Below are positions 48,133 to 58,092 of a stretch of DNA of 64,000 nucleotides, piece by piece. This DNA is from an uncultured Clostridia bacterium. GTDB taxonomy: Bacteria; Bacillota; Clostridia; UBA1381; UMGS1253. Each line of letters begins with the position of its first letter. Position 1 is the stretch's first letter. The notes below the pieces were generated by a model, which was not told the DNA's origin, searched no databases, and saw only the letters and a list, made by a program, of their open reading frames with translations. The stretch is taken from NCBI GenBank assembly GCA_934457145.1, contig CAKSHP010000009.1:626-64625 (forward strand), given 5' to 3'. A program made the translations under genes and the position numbers.

Positions 48133-50310
48133 ATGAAAACAAAAAAATATTTTAACAGAATATTTGGCGTTTGTGTGGCTTTGTGCGCTGCGTTTTCGCT
48201 TTTATTTTCGCTTACATATTACATTACTTCTGCAAAAAGAATTTATACGGATTTTTGCGCGGACAAACAAATTCAAACCGCAAACGAATCTGCCGCTTTG
48301 GAGCAGATTTTTAAAATGTGCGAAAAATCTGCGCAGTATTCAGCAAAAAATATCGATTATACGCCGGCCTCTTTTCAAAACGCGCTGCAAAGCGCACAGG
48401 ATTTTTTCGACTTCGGCAGCATATATGTCATGGACGAAAACAAAACGGTCTATAAAAAGGACGACAGCTTTTTTTTAGACGCGTCCGTGCGAGAAAAGCT
48501 TGCGGCAATGAAAACTGATTTTAAACTCTTTTCATTTTCGGAGGGCGGCAGAGAATATATAGCGATTGCAAACCGCATAAACACGGATGATAAAAATATA
48601 TATTTCCTGCGTGCGTCGGAAAAGGGCGAGTTTTTAAGAGCGGGCAAAATAAGTTCCGATTCGCTCGTGTTTTTAAATGACACAAATGCAATATATCTCG
48701 GCAGCGAAAAATATTTTGCGGATATGAAAAGTCATATAAACGAAAAGGGCGCCCAAAGCGTGTTTTCAAATATAATCGATGGAGAATACAAAGGAAAAGA
48801 CTGTGTGTACACAGCAGCGCAGAGCGAATATATTAAAAATGCCGGAGAGGTGTTTATTTATTCAACAGCGTCTGTTTCTTCAAAATATGCCGAGTTTGCG
48901 CTTATCTGCGTGGCGGTGTTTTTTATTGTTTTAATACTGCTGTCGCTTTTGTGCTTTGCGGCTGCAAAAATAGCGTATCACCCGATAGACGAACTAAACG
49001 CCCTCGCCGTCAGATACACAAACGAAAGCGATTCGGCAGACGAGGTTGCGCATATTTCGTCGGCGCTTAAGGCTATGGCAGAAAAGATAAATGTTTTAAA
49101 AGCCGACGCACAAAAAAAACAGCAGCTTTTAAGAGAACACTTTGTTAAAGACCTTCTTTCCGGCATTGTCGGCGAAGAATCGTATGCATCATATGCCGGG
49201 GAGTTTTTTATGACGGAATATGAAACGCCTTTTTATGCGGGCGTGTTTGAAATAGCGGATTATGAGTCTTTGTCGGAGGTATTTGGCGAAAGAAACCTTT
49301 TGCAGATAAAAAAACAGATTTGCTCGTTTATAGATAACGAGCTTATGGGCAGAAGCATACAAAGCGCCGTTGAAATTGATAAAAAACGCTTTGCCGTGGT
49401 AACGTACGGGTGCGATGTTTCAAGAATACATCAGAATTTTTCTTATATAGTGTCGGTGATTAACGGCGAGTTTGACGTTGAAATGATTGCGCTTATCGGA
49501 AGCCGCTGCGACAATCTGTTTTATATAAACGAAAGCTATGCAAACTGTGTTAAAGCTCTGGACGAGTCGGGCGTGCTCGGATTTTGCGGCACAGTTATTT
49601 CTTATGAAGATATTGAAACCAAAGCAAACTTTTACTATCCCGTAAATCTTGAGCGCGATCTGATAAGCAGCGTTATAAGATTAAAGCGCGGGGAAAGCAT
49701 GCGCATAATAAATAATATCTTAGATGAAAACCTGAACGGAAAAACGCTCACAAAAGAAAAACACAATGCAATTATATTTGCCTTTACCGCCACGATTAAC
49801 AGAATTGTTGAGGCAATTAACAAAACGGTCGACGAGGTGTACGGCAAGGACAATATAGTGTTTCTGGAGCTTAAAATGTGTGACGGTGCGCCGGCGCTGC
49901 GCGCAAAGGTGATACAGTGCTTTGACAAAATTTTAAACTATATGTCGGGCGATGAGGACGCGGATATGTCAAAAAGGCTTATGGACTATATACACTCTCA
50001 CTATAACGAAGACATTTCCCTAACCGAAATCGGAGCATATTTTAAACGCTCAAAGTGCTATATAAGCACGGTGTTTAAAGAAACAACCGGCGAAAACTTC
50101 AAAGACTATTTAAGCCGTTACCGCATAAAAAAGGCAAAGGAAATCCTTTTAAAAAACCCGAACATCAAAAACAAAGAGCTTGCCGCGATGATCGGCTGCA
50201 ACACGCCCGCAACGCTGTTTCGTTTGTTTAACAAATATGAAAATATGTCTCCGGGGCAGTTTGCAAAAAACGGCACCGACGGCAAAGACGGCTCTGAAAA
50301 ATCAAATTAG
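48133..50310 (+). CDS. Membrane-bound AraC-family regulator (two TM segments flanking an extracytoplasmic sensor domain, C-terminal HTH_AraC)
   Basis: 725 aa. TM1 FGVCVALCAAFSLLFSLTYYI and TM2 FALICVAVFFIVLILLSLLCFAA. The C-terminus reads ISLTEIGAYFKRSKCYISTVFKE...NKELAAMIGCNTPATLFRLFNK. Confidence 0.8.
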   Translation: MKTKKYFNRIFGVCVALCAAFSLLFSLTYYITSAKRIYTDFCADKQIQTANESAALEQIFKMCEKSAQYSAKNIDYTPASFQNALQSAQDFFDFGSIYVMDENKTVYKKDDSFFLDASVREKLAAMKTDFKLFSFSEGGREYIAIANRINTDDKNIYFLRASEKGEFLRAGKISSDSLVFLNDTNAIYLGSEKYFADMKSHINEKGAQSVFSNIIDGEYKGKDCVYTAAQSEYIKNAGEVFIYSTASVSSKYAEFALICVAVFFIVLILLSLLCFAAAKIAYHPIDELNALAVRYTNESDSADEVAHISSALKAMAEKINVLKADAQKKQQLLREHFVKDLLSGIVGEESYASYAGEFFMTEYETPFYAGVFEIADYESLSEVFGERNLLQIKKQICSFIDNELMGRSIQSAVEIDKKRFAVVTYGCDVSRIHQNFSYIVSVINGEFDVEMIALIGSRCDNLFYINESYANCVKALDESGVLGFCGTVISYEDIETKANFYYPVNLERDLISSVIRLKRGESMRIINNILDENLNGKTLTKEKHNAIIFAFTATINRIVEAINKTVDEVYGKDNIVFLELKMCDGAPALRAKVIQCFDKILNYMSGDEDADMSKRLMDYIHSHYNEDISLTEIGAYFKRSKCYISTVFKETTGENFKDYLSRYRIKKAKEILLKNPNIKNKELAAMIGCNTPATLFRLFNKYENMSPGQFAKNGTDGKDGSEKSN

Positions 50311-50695
50311 AGCGGGTGCGCCAAAACGGTTATTAGTCATTATAACCATAAAACGCAGTGCAATTTTGTTGAAAATTACAGAAAATATTTTTTAAAAATT
50401 AAAAATTTTAAAAAAACATAAAAAATATAATAAAATTACAAAAATTATAATTTACATAACGGCAAATATGTGTTATTATACTATATGTTAATATATGTGC
50501 AGTGTCTTTAGAAGAGGACGGTGCATGGTTTTTATAAAAATAAGGCCGTGTTTTGGGCAAATATCAATAAAGAAAATATGGTTTTATTTTTATTGTGTTA
50601 AGTATATTTTTTGCGAAGCGCAAGCCTTTTTGGCGGGCGCGAGCGATAATATAAAAAAATTTATTAAAATTTTTTGTAAACGAGGGGGAATCTTC

Positions 50696-53600
50696 ATGTT
50701 TAAGAAGTTTGTGTGTATAGCGCTTTCTTTGATGATGGTGCTTTGCACAGTTTCTGTAACCGGATTTGCAGCTTCCTATGAGAGCGGCGATTTGGTTGCT
50801 TCAAACGTAGTATTTTCAGATGCGGCAGACGCGTCGGGAAATAAAACGGTAACAGCGCAGATTAATGTTTCAAATAATTCTGCGTCGGAGAGCGGCAGCG
50901 CCGTTTTCTGGGTTGGTAAGTATGACGCAAACGGCGTTTTGGTTGACTCTGCAAAGCAGGACATAAGCCTTGCTGCAGGTGAAAACAAAGACGCAAGCGC
51001 AGCGGTAAGCCTTGCTTCGGATGAAACGGGCTACAGCATTAAAGCTTACATTTGGGAAAAGATGATAGGCGGTAAAGCTATAGCAACTGCTGCTACATAC
51101 AACAGCTCAAGCACGGAAATTCTCTATGCAATGGCAGGAGACGAAGCTTGGGAAGCGTTTGACGAAAACACTTCGGAATATGATATAGTTCTTGAAAGAA
51201 CTCAGTTTGATATTCCAGAGTACAAGCTTTTTGCAAAAGACAATGCAACAAAGGTTACAGAGCCTGCTGCATTTGTTTTGGGCGAAAACAAAATCACGGT
51301 AACTTCGGGCGACGGTTCGGCAACGAAAGAGTATAAATTAAATATCTCTTACAAGGCTCCCGAATTTGCAAACTTTAACTGTGCAGGTAAAGTATACGGA
51401 ACATATCCTGTTCAGAATATAGACGTTAAATTTGAAGATCTTGATACTATGCCGAGAGACATTCTTGAAGGTACAGACGGCTGGAATAAATATCCCGGAA
51501 AGGACGGAAGTGCGGTTAACTCGCCCGGTAAAATAACAACATATCTTGACTCACTTGGCTATAATGTCGGCGAATTGTTTGTGTTTAAAACAGACAAGGG
51601 TCCCGGAGATGCAGCAAATTATTATAAGGGCGGTATCGGCAAGTATGACGGTACAGCCGGCGGTTACTTTATGACCTTCGATATCGAAAAAGCAGGTACA
51701 ATGTATCTTTTGGATAAAGAAGGCAAAGGTATGCCGAATGCAACAAAAGAAGGTTATACAAAAGTTGCAGGCACAGACGCTTACAAAAAGCACTATGAAG
51801 CAGGCGAAACAGTAAAAGTTCCTTCCTACGGTTGGGATAACAGCTGGAAATCGGCCAATGACAGATATTTCTGGAACTCCACAATCTTTATGTTCGGTTA
51901 TGATGCAGGCTGGGAAATCCCGGACAAATTCGATACAACGGATGCAACACTTAAAGCTCTTAAGTACACAGCAGACGGAGCAGAATACGATGTTGACGGT
52001 TTTGATCCGGCAGACGCAGGCGAAAAAGTTTATGACGCAGTTCTTCCTTACGGCACAAAAGACGTAACGGTTGCGGCAACGAAAAACGAAGGTCATGCAA
52101 CAGTTTCAGTAGAGCCTGAAACAATCGCTTTGACAGACGGCAAAGCAACAGCAAAGGTAACAGTTGTATCTTTTGATAAAACAGTTACAAACACATACAC
52201 GATTAACTTCACAACAGACATTCCGGCAGACAACAATGCAGACTTGAAAGCTCTTGAATACAAATACGGCGACAGCGACTATGTATCGGTAGACTCCTTT
52301 GACGCAGCAACCGACACATACAGCGTAACTCTTCCCGAGAAGACAACAACAGCCGAAGTAAGAGCAACAGCATATGTTTTTGATAAAGCAACAGTTGAAA
52401 TAACTCAGCCGGTTATTGAAAACTATAAAGCAACTGCAACGGTTAAAGTAACTGCTGCGGATGGCACAACAGTAAAAACATACACAATTAACTTTACTGT
52501 TGAATTGGCTTTTGAAGAAAGACCTAACAAGATTTATAACTTAACAGCTAAGGAATCTTATAAAACAGATAACCACGGTTATCAGACAGACGACGAGGCT
52601 GTTGGACAGGCGGGCAAGATCGTAATCGGCGAAAATCTGTCAACCTCTTCTCTGAGATATTACGACAGAACAACAACATATCCGAAAACATCCGATGATA
52701 TGGTTGGCGCTTCGTATATCCGTTTGATGAGAAACTATCATGGTATGTATGATGTTGCAACAAGCGGTACGTTTAAGAGAAACGGCGTTGAAATGACAAG
52801 CTACAACGGTGCACCTACCGGTAACTTCAGAAAATTCAAATATGATACGGCAGCGTTCTATTCCGATGAATACACAGGTATAGGCGATGCAGACGGTTGG
52901 GTTGAGTTTAATGTAACAAGCGACTGTACTGTAGTTTTGGGCGACGTTGGTAACTTCGGATATCCGAATGCAAACCTTGCAGGCTGGACAAAAGCTGTTG
53001 ACACAACTAAAAACTATCTCGGCTACGCATCTTATTATAAAACGTTTAACGCAGGCGACAGAGTTAAAATCCCGAGCTATGGTAAATCTTCAGGAAAGCT
53101 TGCCGATAAAACACCTGTAGTTTATGAGTATACAGACAAAAACGGCAATGCTCAGGTTTTCACAACAACAGCCGGATATGATTCAGCTCACTGGGATGCT
53201 ATCACGGTAGCAATAAAGTGGGGCAAAGAAGTTTCAAAAAATGCTAACCTTTCTTCAATCAAGGTTGACGGCGCAGAAGTTGAAGGCTTTGCAGCAGACA
53301 AGACTGACTACACAGTTATGGTTGACAAATCAAAAACAAGTGTTAGCCTTGAGGCTGTTGCAGCAGACTCAAAAGCAACTGTTGACTGCCCTGCAACAAT
53401 AAACGTTGGCAGCAGCGCAACTATCACAGTAACAGCAGAAGATAAAACAACGGTTAAAACTTATAAAGTAACGGTTAAAGCAAAAGAGCCAAACAATGCA
53501 ATGCTTTCATCTTTGAAGTATGCAATAGGCTCTGCGGCTCCCGTTGATGTTGAAGGCTTTGACGCATCGGTTGAAGGCGGTTCGTACACGGTAGCAGCAT

Positions 53601-55852
53601 TTGAATATTCAAAAACTCCTATCGTTATAACCTTAAGCGGTACAACAGTTGACGAAGAAGCAACAATTTCAACAACTCCGGTAACTCTTTCGGCTCCCGG
53701 AAAGGTTGAAGCAGTTTTAAGCGTAACAAGTGCAGACGCTACTGTTACAAAAGAATATAAAGTAACATTTGAAATGCTTGCAAAGGTAGCAAGCGCAGTT
53801 GTTGTCGGTACAGATGAATATCAGGCGCTCCTTAATGACGGTAAGTATGACGGAAAGTACAGAATTATTTTGGCAGATCCGGTTTCTTATACAGACGGTC
53901 AGAAAAGTCTTATGTTGACATGGGACGAAAACGGTCTTGCAAAGAACAGACTTTATGAAATCAGCGTTGACGGAACTGTTTACACTGAAACGCAGGCAGG
54001 CAAGGTGGTTAATCTCTTTAAGCTTTCAAAAGCTAAAGAGGTTAAGGCTGCTAAAGAGGCAGAAGGCAAAACAGTTACATTAACTGCAAAAGATTATAAC
54101 TATGAAGAATCAAAGGTTGTTGCTTCAAGAGGTTCTGCATTTAACCTTGCAGGAATTCATAACTTCGGTGCAGCGGGCGCAAAGATTAAAACGGCAATGC
54201 AGATTATGACAAGCCGCGAGGTAGCGCCCGGAAGAATCGGCGCTTCATACACTTCGGAATATAAAAATCCGACAGATGCAAGAAATTGGCTTGCAACAGA
54301 CGGCAACTATTTGTTTACTGTTACACCGAACACAAAGGCTACTGTTTATGTAACAATGGCACACACAAATGCGAAAGACGCTAAAACATATAAAGCAGAC
54401 GGTTGGACATTTTTGGATTACTCTGCAGAGTTTACAAGAGATAAACTTAATGCACTTCCTGAGGAAGCAATTATTGAAACATACAGAAATCTTCCCACAG
54501 GTATAGCAAGACAGTGGTTTATGGTTGAGCCTTCGTTCACATATCCGAACGCTCCGTTCTCACTTACAAAGATACAGTATGATGTAGGCTCTGACACAGT
54601 TTGCGCAAACTATCCTTATGTTTGGTATAAAACAGTTGAAGAAGACGAAACATTAAAGGTTCCGACAATCGGAAGTATTTCGCCTAACGGTGATCAGGCT
54701 CCGCTGAAAGCATTTGTATTGTATGAAGAGCATGACTTGAGCTTAAATCCCGCAAGCGGAGATGCAACATTAAAATCAATCACAATCGGCGGCACAGCGC
54801 TTGAAGGTTTTGCAGCAGATAAAACTGATTACACTGTAGACCTTCCCTATGGAAGCACAATTCCGGAAGTTGAAGCTGCGGCAAATGATGCAGGCGCAAG
54901 CGTTGCTAAAAATGCAGACGGCAATGTTGTAAAAATTACGGTAACTGCTAAAAACGGTACTGTTAAAACATACACAATTACGTTTAACATTAAAGCAGCT
55001 AAAACAGATGCAACATTAAAATCAATTTCAGTTGGCGGCGCAGCACTTGAAGGCTTTGCAGCAGATAAAATTGATTACACAGTAGAGCGTGCATACGGTG
55101 ACAGTGTTGTTCCCGAGGTTACATATGAAGTAAACGACGCAGACGCAACGGCAGTTAAAAATGTTGCAGGCGATGTGGTTACTATCAAGGTAACAGCTCA
55201 GGACGGTGCAACCAAAAAGACATACACAATCACGTTTACAAATAAAGCGCCCAAAACAGATGCAACATTAAAATCAATTTCGGTAAACGAAACACCGATT
55301 GCAGATTTTGCAGCAGGTACGCTTAATTACACAGTTAAGCTCCCCTACGGCAGCGAAACCAAAATCGAATATGAAGCAAACGATGCAGACGCAACAGCAG
55401 TTGTAAACGATTTGGGATCAAATGTATTTGAAATTGTAGTAACAGCTCAGGATGGCAAAACAAAACTGACATATAAAATAACATTGGATATTGAATCCGC
55501 AGTAAGCTCAGACGCTACGCTTAAGTCTTTAATCGTTGGCGGCACACCTATCACCTTAGAGGACGCTAAGTTTGAATATGAGTGCACATTGATTGACGGA
55601 TTTGTAAAAGTAGTAGCTGTTGCAAACCATGCCGGCGCAACTGTTACAATCGCAGACGCTGATAATAACGTAACAGATAAGTTCTACGGCGGAACAGCTG
55701 TAATAACAGTAAAAGCAGCTGACAACACAACAACAAACATCTATAAAGTAATCTTCAAGAGCGGTACTCCCGGCGGAATTGAAGACGGCGGCGAAACAGG
55801 CGACGGACTTATCACCGATATAACCGGCAGCGAAGACGGCGGAGATGTTTAA
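50696..55852 (+). CDS. Giant secreted surface protein: Ig-like N-terminal domain, about 9 cadherin-like beta-sandwich modules, 3 copies of an unassigned module, acidic Gly/Asp tail
   Basis: ATG 50696 is preferred (GAGGGGGA RBS; signal peptide MFKKFVCIALSLMMVLCTVSVTGFAAS). Repeated segments of the form DATLKSISVGGAALEGFAADKIDYTV...VTAQDGATKKTYTITF match the Cadherin-like (PF12733-type) pattern. Confidence 0.85.
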   Translation: MFKKFVCIALSLMMVLCTVSVTGFAASYESGDLVASNVVFSDAADASGNKTVTAQINVSNNSASESGSAVFWVGKYDANGVLVDSAKQDISLAAGENKDASAAVSLASDETGYSIKAYIWEKMIGGKAIATAATYNSSSTEILYAMAGDEAWEAFDENTSEYDIVLERTQFDIPEYKLFAKDNATKVTEPAAFVLGENKITVTSGDGSATKEYKLNISYKAPEFANFNCAGKVYGTYPVQNIDVKFEDLDTMPRDILEGTDGWNKYPGKDGSAVNSPGKITTYLDSLGYNVGELFVFKTDKGPGDAANYYKGGIGKYDGTAGGYFMTFDIEKAGTMYLLDKEGKGMPNATKEGYTKVAGTDAYKKHYEAGETVKVPSYGWDNSWKSANDRYFWNSTIFMFGYDAGWEIPDKFDTTDATLKALKYTADGAEYDVDGFDPADAGEKVYDAVLPYGTKDVTVAATKNEGHATVSVEPETIALTDGKATAKVTVVSFDKTVTNTYTINFTTDIPADNNADLKALEYKYGDSDYVSVDSFDAATDTYSVTLPEKTTTAEVRATAYVFDKATVEITQPVIENYKATATVKVTAADGTTVKTYTINFTVELAFEERPNKIYNLTAKESYKTDNHGYQTDDEAVGQAGKIVIGENLSTSSLRYYDRTTTYPKTSDDMVGASYIRLMRNYHGMYDVATSGTFKRNGVEMTSYNGAPTGNFRKFKYDTAAFYSDEYTGIGDADGWVEFNVTSDCTVVLGDVGNFGYPNANLAGWTKAVDTTKNYLGYASYYKTFNAGDRVKIPSYGKSSGKLADKTPVVYEYTDKNGNAQVFTTTAGYDSAHWDAITVAIKWGKEVSKNANLSSIKVDGAEVEGFAADKTDYTVMVDKSKTSVSLEAVAADSKATVDCPATINVGSSATITVTAEDKTTVKTYKVTVKAKEPNNAMLSSLKYAIGSAAPVDVEGFDASVEGGSYTVAAFEYSKTPIVITLSGTTVDEEATISTTPVTLSAPGKVEAVLSVTSADATVTKEYKVTFEMLAKVASAVVVGTDEYQALLNDGKYDGKYRIILADPVSYTDGQKSLMLTWDENGLAKNRLYEISVDGTVYTETQAGKVVNLFKLSKAKEVKAAKEAEGKTVTLTAKDYNYEESKVVASRGSAFNLAGIHNFGAAGAKIKTAMQIMTSREVAPGRIGASYTSEYKNPTDARNWLATDGNYLFTVTPNTKATVYVTMAHTNAKDAKTYKADGWTFLDYSAEFTRDKLNALPEEAIIETYRNLPTGIARQWFMVEPSFTYPNAPFSLTKIQYDVGSDTVCANYPYVWYKTVEEDETLKVPTIGSISPNGDQAPLKAFVLYEEHDLSLNPASGDATLKSITIGGTALEGFAADKTDYTVDLPYGSTIPEVEAAANDAGASVAKNADGNVVKITVTAKNGTVKTYTITFNIKAAKTDATLKSISVGGAALEGFAADKIDYTVERAYGDSVVPEVTYEVNDADATAVKNVAGDVVTIKVTAQDGATKKTYTITFTNKAPKTDATLKSISVNETPIADFAAGTLNYTVKLPYGSETKIEYEANDADATAVVNDLGSNVFEIVVTAQDGKTKLTYKITLDIESAVSSDATLKSLIVGGTPITLEDAKFEYECTLIDGFVKVVAVANHAGATVTIADADNNVTDKFYGGTAVITVKAADNTTTNIYKVIFKSGTPGGIEDGGETGDGLITDITGSEDGGDV

Positions 55853-55957
55853 TAACCGTTAAACAATCGGATATAATAACATGAAAATTTATATGCCCTG
55901 CAAGCCGGGAAAGCAAAAATGCTTTTCCGGCGGGAAAGGGAGAGGAGGAATAGACAA

Positions 55958-57682
55958 ATGAAACATACTAAGTTTTGTAAGCTTCTTTCGGTTGTGTTGA
56001 CAGTTGTGATGGTAATGTTAAGTTCTGTAAGCGTATTTGCAGGCTCAACATTGACCGCTTCGCAGGATATCGCAACCACAGAGGTAAATTTAACATACAC
56101 CGGAACTGCTGAAGGTATCAACCCGGTAGGTCTTGCAGTTGTTATGATCGGACCTGCAACGGAGGATGCTGAAGGTAATTTGGTTTTTGATGAAACAAAA
56201 GACATTATAAGCGGTATGCAGGTGTTCGTTGATGAAAACGGCAGCTACACAGGCAAGTTTGTATTGTCATCAGACACAGATGCAGACGGCAATTCTGTTG
56301 TAAAGGCAGGTTATTACAAAATCGTTGCTTCTTCAAATGATGAAGTTGTTGACACTGTAATTTACTTTGCTGCTCCTTCCGACAGAAAAGGCGCTCTTAA
56401 GAGAATTTTGGAAGCTACAGACGATGCAACTGTTGTAAGCATAATTGATTCTTCGGCAGATATGCTCGGTATTGATGAAGATATCTGGGATCTTCTTCCC
56501 GATACAAAAGCTAAAGAAAAAGCTGCAAAAGCAATCAGAGCCAATGCAGTTATGAAAACTATCGACAAAGACAACATCAAAGATTCAGATGTTGCCAAAG
56601 CAGCAGATCAGATTAATAAAGAAGCTTTAACAGCAATATTAAATTCTGATAAAGGTCTTGTAAGCGATCTTAACGATTATAAAGACGTTATAGACAACAC
56701 AGACGCTATGACTCTTTATGACGGTTTGAAAGACGCTAAAAAGGAAATGATTAAGCTTATTTCCGGCAAAAACTATGAAAACTATGAAGCTTTGGACAAA
56801 GACCTTGGCGACATGGCAAGACTTGCTTATATCAATGCAGACGGCGGCGATATAGAAACAGTTTCAAAGTATGCAAAAAATCTTGGTCTTGACAAAGCAG
56901 ACGATTTTGATAAAATTGCTTCATCTCGTTTGAAGAAAGAAGCTATTGACGCAGTTAAGGCTGCAAAAGCAACAACAATTGAAGATCTTAACAAAGCATT
57001 CACAAAGGCTGTAAACGCAAGATTGACAGGCGGCAGCAGCGGCGGTGTTGCTGACAGAGATAACAGCGGCAGCGGAAGTGGCAGCGGTAACACAACAATA
57101 ATTAAGTCCGATACTGTAAAGCCTGATGACAGCAAGGCTCTTGATTATATTGATATTGATAACTATCCCTGGGCAAAAGATTCTATCAACGAACTCACAA
57201 AGCTTAACGTTTTGACAGGTTACGGCGATGGCTTGTTCGGACCTGCAAACCTGATTAAGAGAGAAGAGTTTGCAAAGGTTATAGTTGCTGCTATGTATGG
57301 TGAAGAAGCAGACAAGGCAAATGTGGTTCCCGCATTTGTTGATGCTCAGAACGCTTGGTATTCTTCATATGTAGGCTACGGCGCACAGATCGGAATTATT
57401 TCCGGCTACAGCGCAGACACATTCGGTGTTGGTCAGAATATTAAACGTCAGGATATTATGGCAATCCTATATCGTATAATGGTAGCAAAGGGATACGCTG
57501 TAAACACAACTCCTATAGCTTATTCTGATGCAGCAGACATTTATGATTATGCAAAAGACGCTGTTTACGCTCTTGCAAATGCAGGCGTTGTAAGCGGTTA
57601 TAACGGAGCAATCAATCCTAACGGTGAAGCAACAAGAGCAGAAGTTGCAGTTATGGTTGCTAACTTTATAAAATTATTCTAA
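55958..57682 (+). CDS. S-layer-homology (SLH) domain cell-wall-anchored protein
   Basis: ATG 55958 (GAGAGGAGGA RBS, signal peptide). Three C-terminal SLH repeats: DNYPWAKDSINELTKLNVLTGYGDGLFGP, AWYSSYVGYGAQIGIISGYSADTFG and YAKDAVYALANAGVVSGYNGAINPNGEATRAE. Confidence 0.85.
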   Translation: MKHTKFCKLLSVVLTVVMVMLSSVSVFAGSTLTASQDIATTEVNLTYTGTAEGINPVGLAVVMIGPATEDAEGNLVFDETKDIISGMQVFVDENGSYTGKFVLSSDTDADGNSVVKAGYYKIVASSNDEVVDTVIYFAAPSDRKGALKRILEATDDATVVSIIDSSADMLGIDEDIWDLLPDTKAKEKAAKAIRANAVMKTIDKDNIKDSDVAKAADQINKEALTAILNSDKGLVSDLNDYKDVIDNTDAMTLYDGLKDAKKEMIKLISGKNYENYEALDKDLGDMARLAYINADGGDIETVSKYAKNLGLDKADDFDKIASSRLKKEAIDAVKAAKATTIEDLNKAFTKAVNARLTGGSSGGVADRDNSGSGSGSGNTTIIKSDTVKPDDSKALDYIDIDNYPWAKDSINELTKLNVLTGYGDGLFGPANLIKREEFAKVIVAAMYGEEADKANVVPAFVDAQNAWYSSYVGYGAQIGIISGYSADTFGVGQNIKRQDIMAILYRIMVAKGYAVNTTPIAYSDAADIYDYAKDAVYALANAGVVSGYNGAINPNGEATRAEVAVMVANFIKLF

Positions 57683-57822
57683 AATAATTCAGTCTCAATA
57701 AATCCTTATAAAAGAAGGGCTGTCGGACATTGATCCGGCAGCCTTTTGCATTTGTGCTGGCAAATATTTTTTATTATAATTCCTCTTTTTTATGTTACTT
57801 ACCCTCCCTTGCATCGGACGTT

Positions 57823-57904
57823 GTAGGGAAAGGGCTTGCTTTTTCCGTTTTGTTTTCAGTCAAATTTTATCTAAACCCGCGGCAGGGCGGGGCCCCTGCC
57901 CTAC
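57823..57904. repeat. GC-rich structured intergenic repeat, copy B
   Basis: 82 bp, identical to copy C. The outer inverted ends GTAGGG/CCCTAC enclose the hairpins GGAAAG..CTTTTTCC and GGCAGGG-CGGGGC-CCCTGCC. Confidence 0.85.
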
Positions 57905-58010
57905 AGGGTTTGACGTGGTTTTCACTGTACATTTTTCCTGCTTTTTTAAATATATTTAAAAAAATGGTTTGAAATATATAAAAGGGAAAATAAAATTTAC
58001 GGTTGGTTTT

Positions 58011-58092
58011 GTAGGGAAAGGGCTTGCTTTTTCCGTTTTGTTTTCAGTCAAATTTTATCTAAACCCGCGGCAGGGCGGGGCCCCTGCCCTAC
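58011..58092. repeat. GC-rich structured intergenic repeat, copy C
   Basis: Identical to copy B and located 188 bp downstream of it. Confidence 0.85.

Noticed and set aside
50495-50695. A 67-codon N-terminal extension of the giant ORF given in the track
   Set aside because: The extension is an AT-rich leader with an unnatural Cys/Phe/Ile-rich translation. A strong RBS and a canonical signal peptide begin at ATG 50696.
51551-52763. ORFs 51551-52096 (181 aa), 51669-51884, 51858-52067 (plus strand, out of frame), 51960-52154, 52209-52391 and 52548-52763 inside the giant surface-protein gene
   Set aside because: These are Cys/Arg-rich nonsense translations that overlap a strongly supported repeat-domain CDS, antisense to it or out of frame.
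55760-55852. Dockerin at the C-terminus of the giant protein (DGGETGDGLITDITGSEDGGDV)
   Set aside because: Only one partial Ca-loop-like D-x-D-G-x-I pattern is present. There is no duplicated 22-residue F-hand pair, so it is kept only as an acidic tail in the locus hypothesis.
57823-58092. CRISPR array
   Set aside because: Only two identical 82-bp copies are present, with a single 106-bp spacer. The repeat length is atypical, the repeat is internally structured, and no cas genes are in the window.
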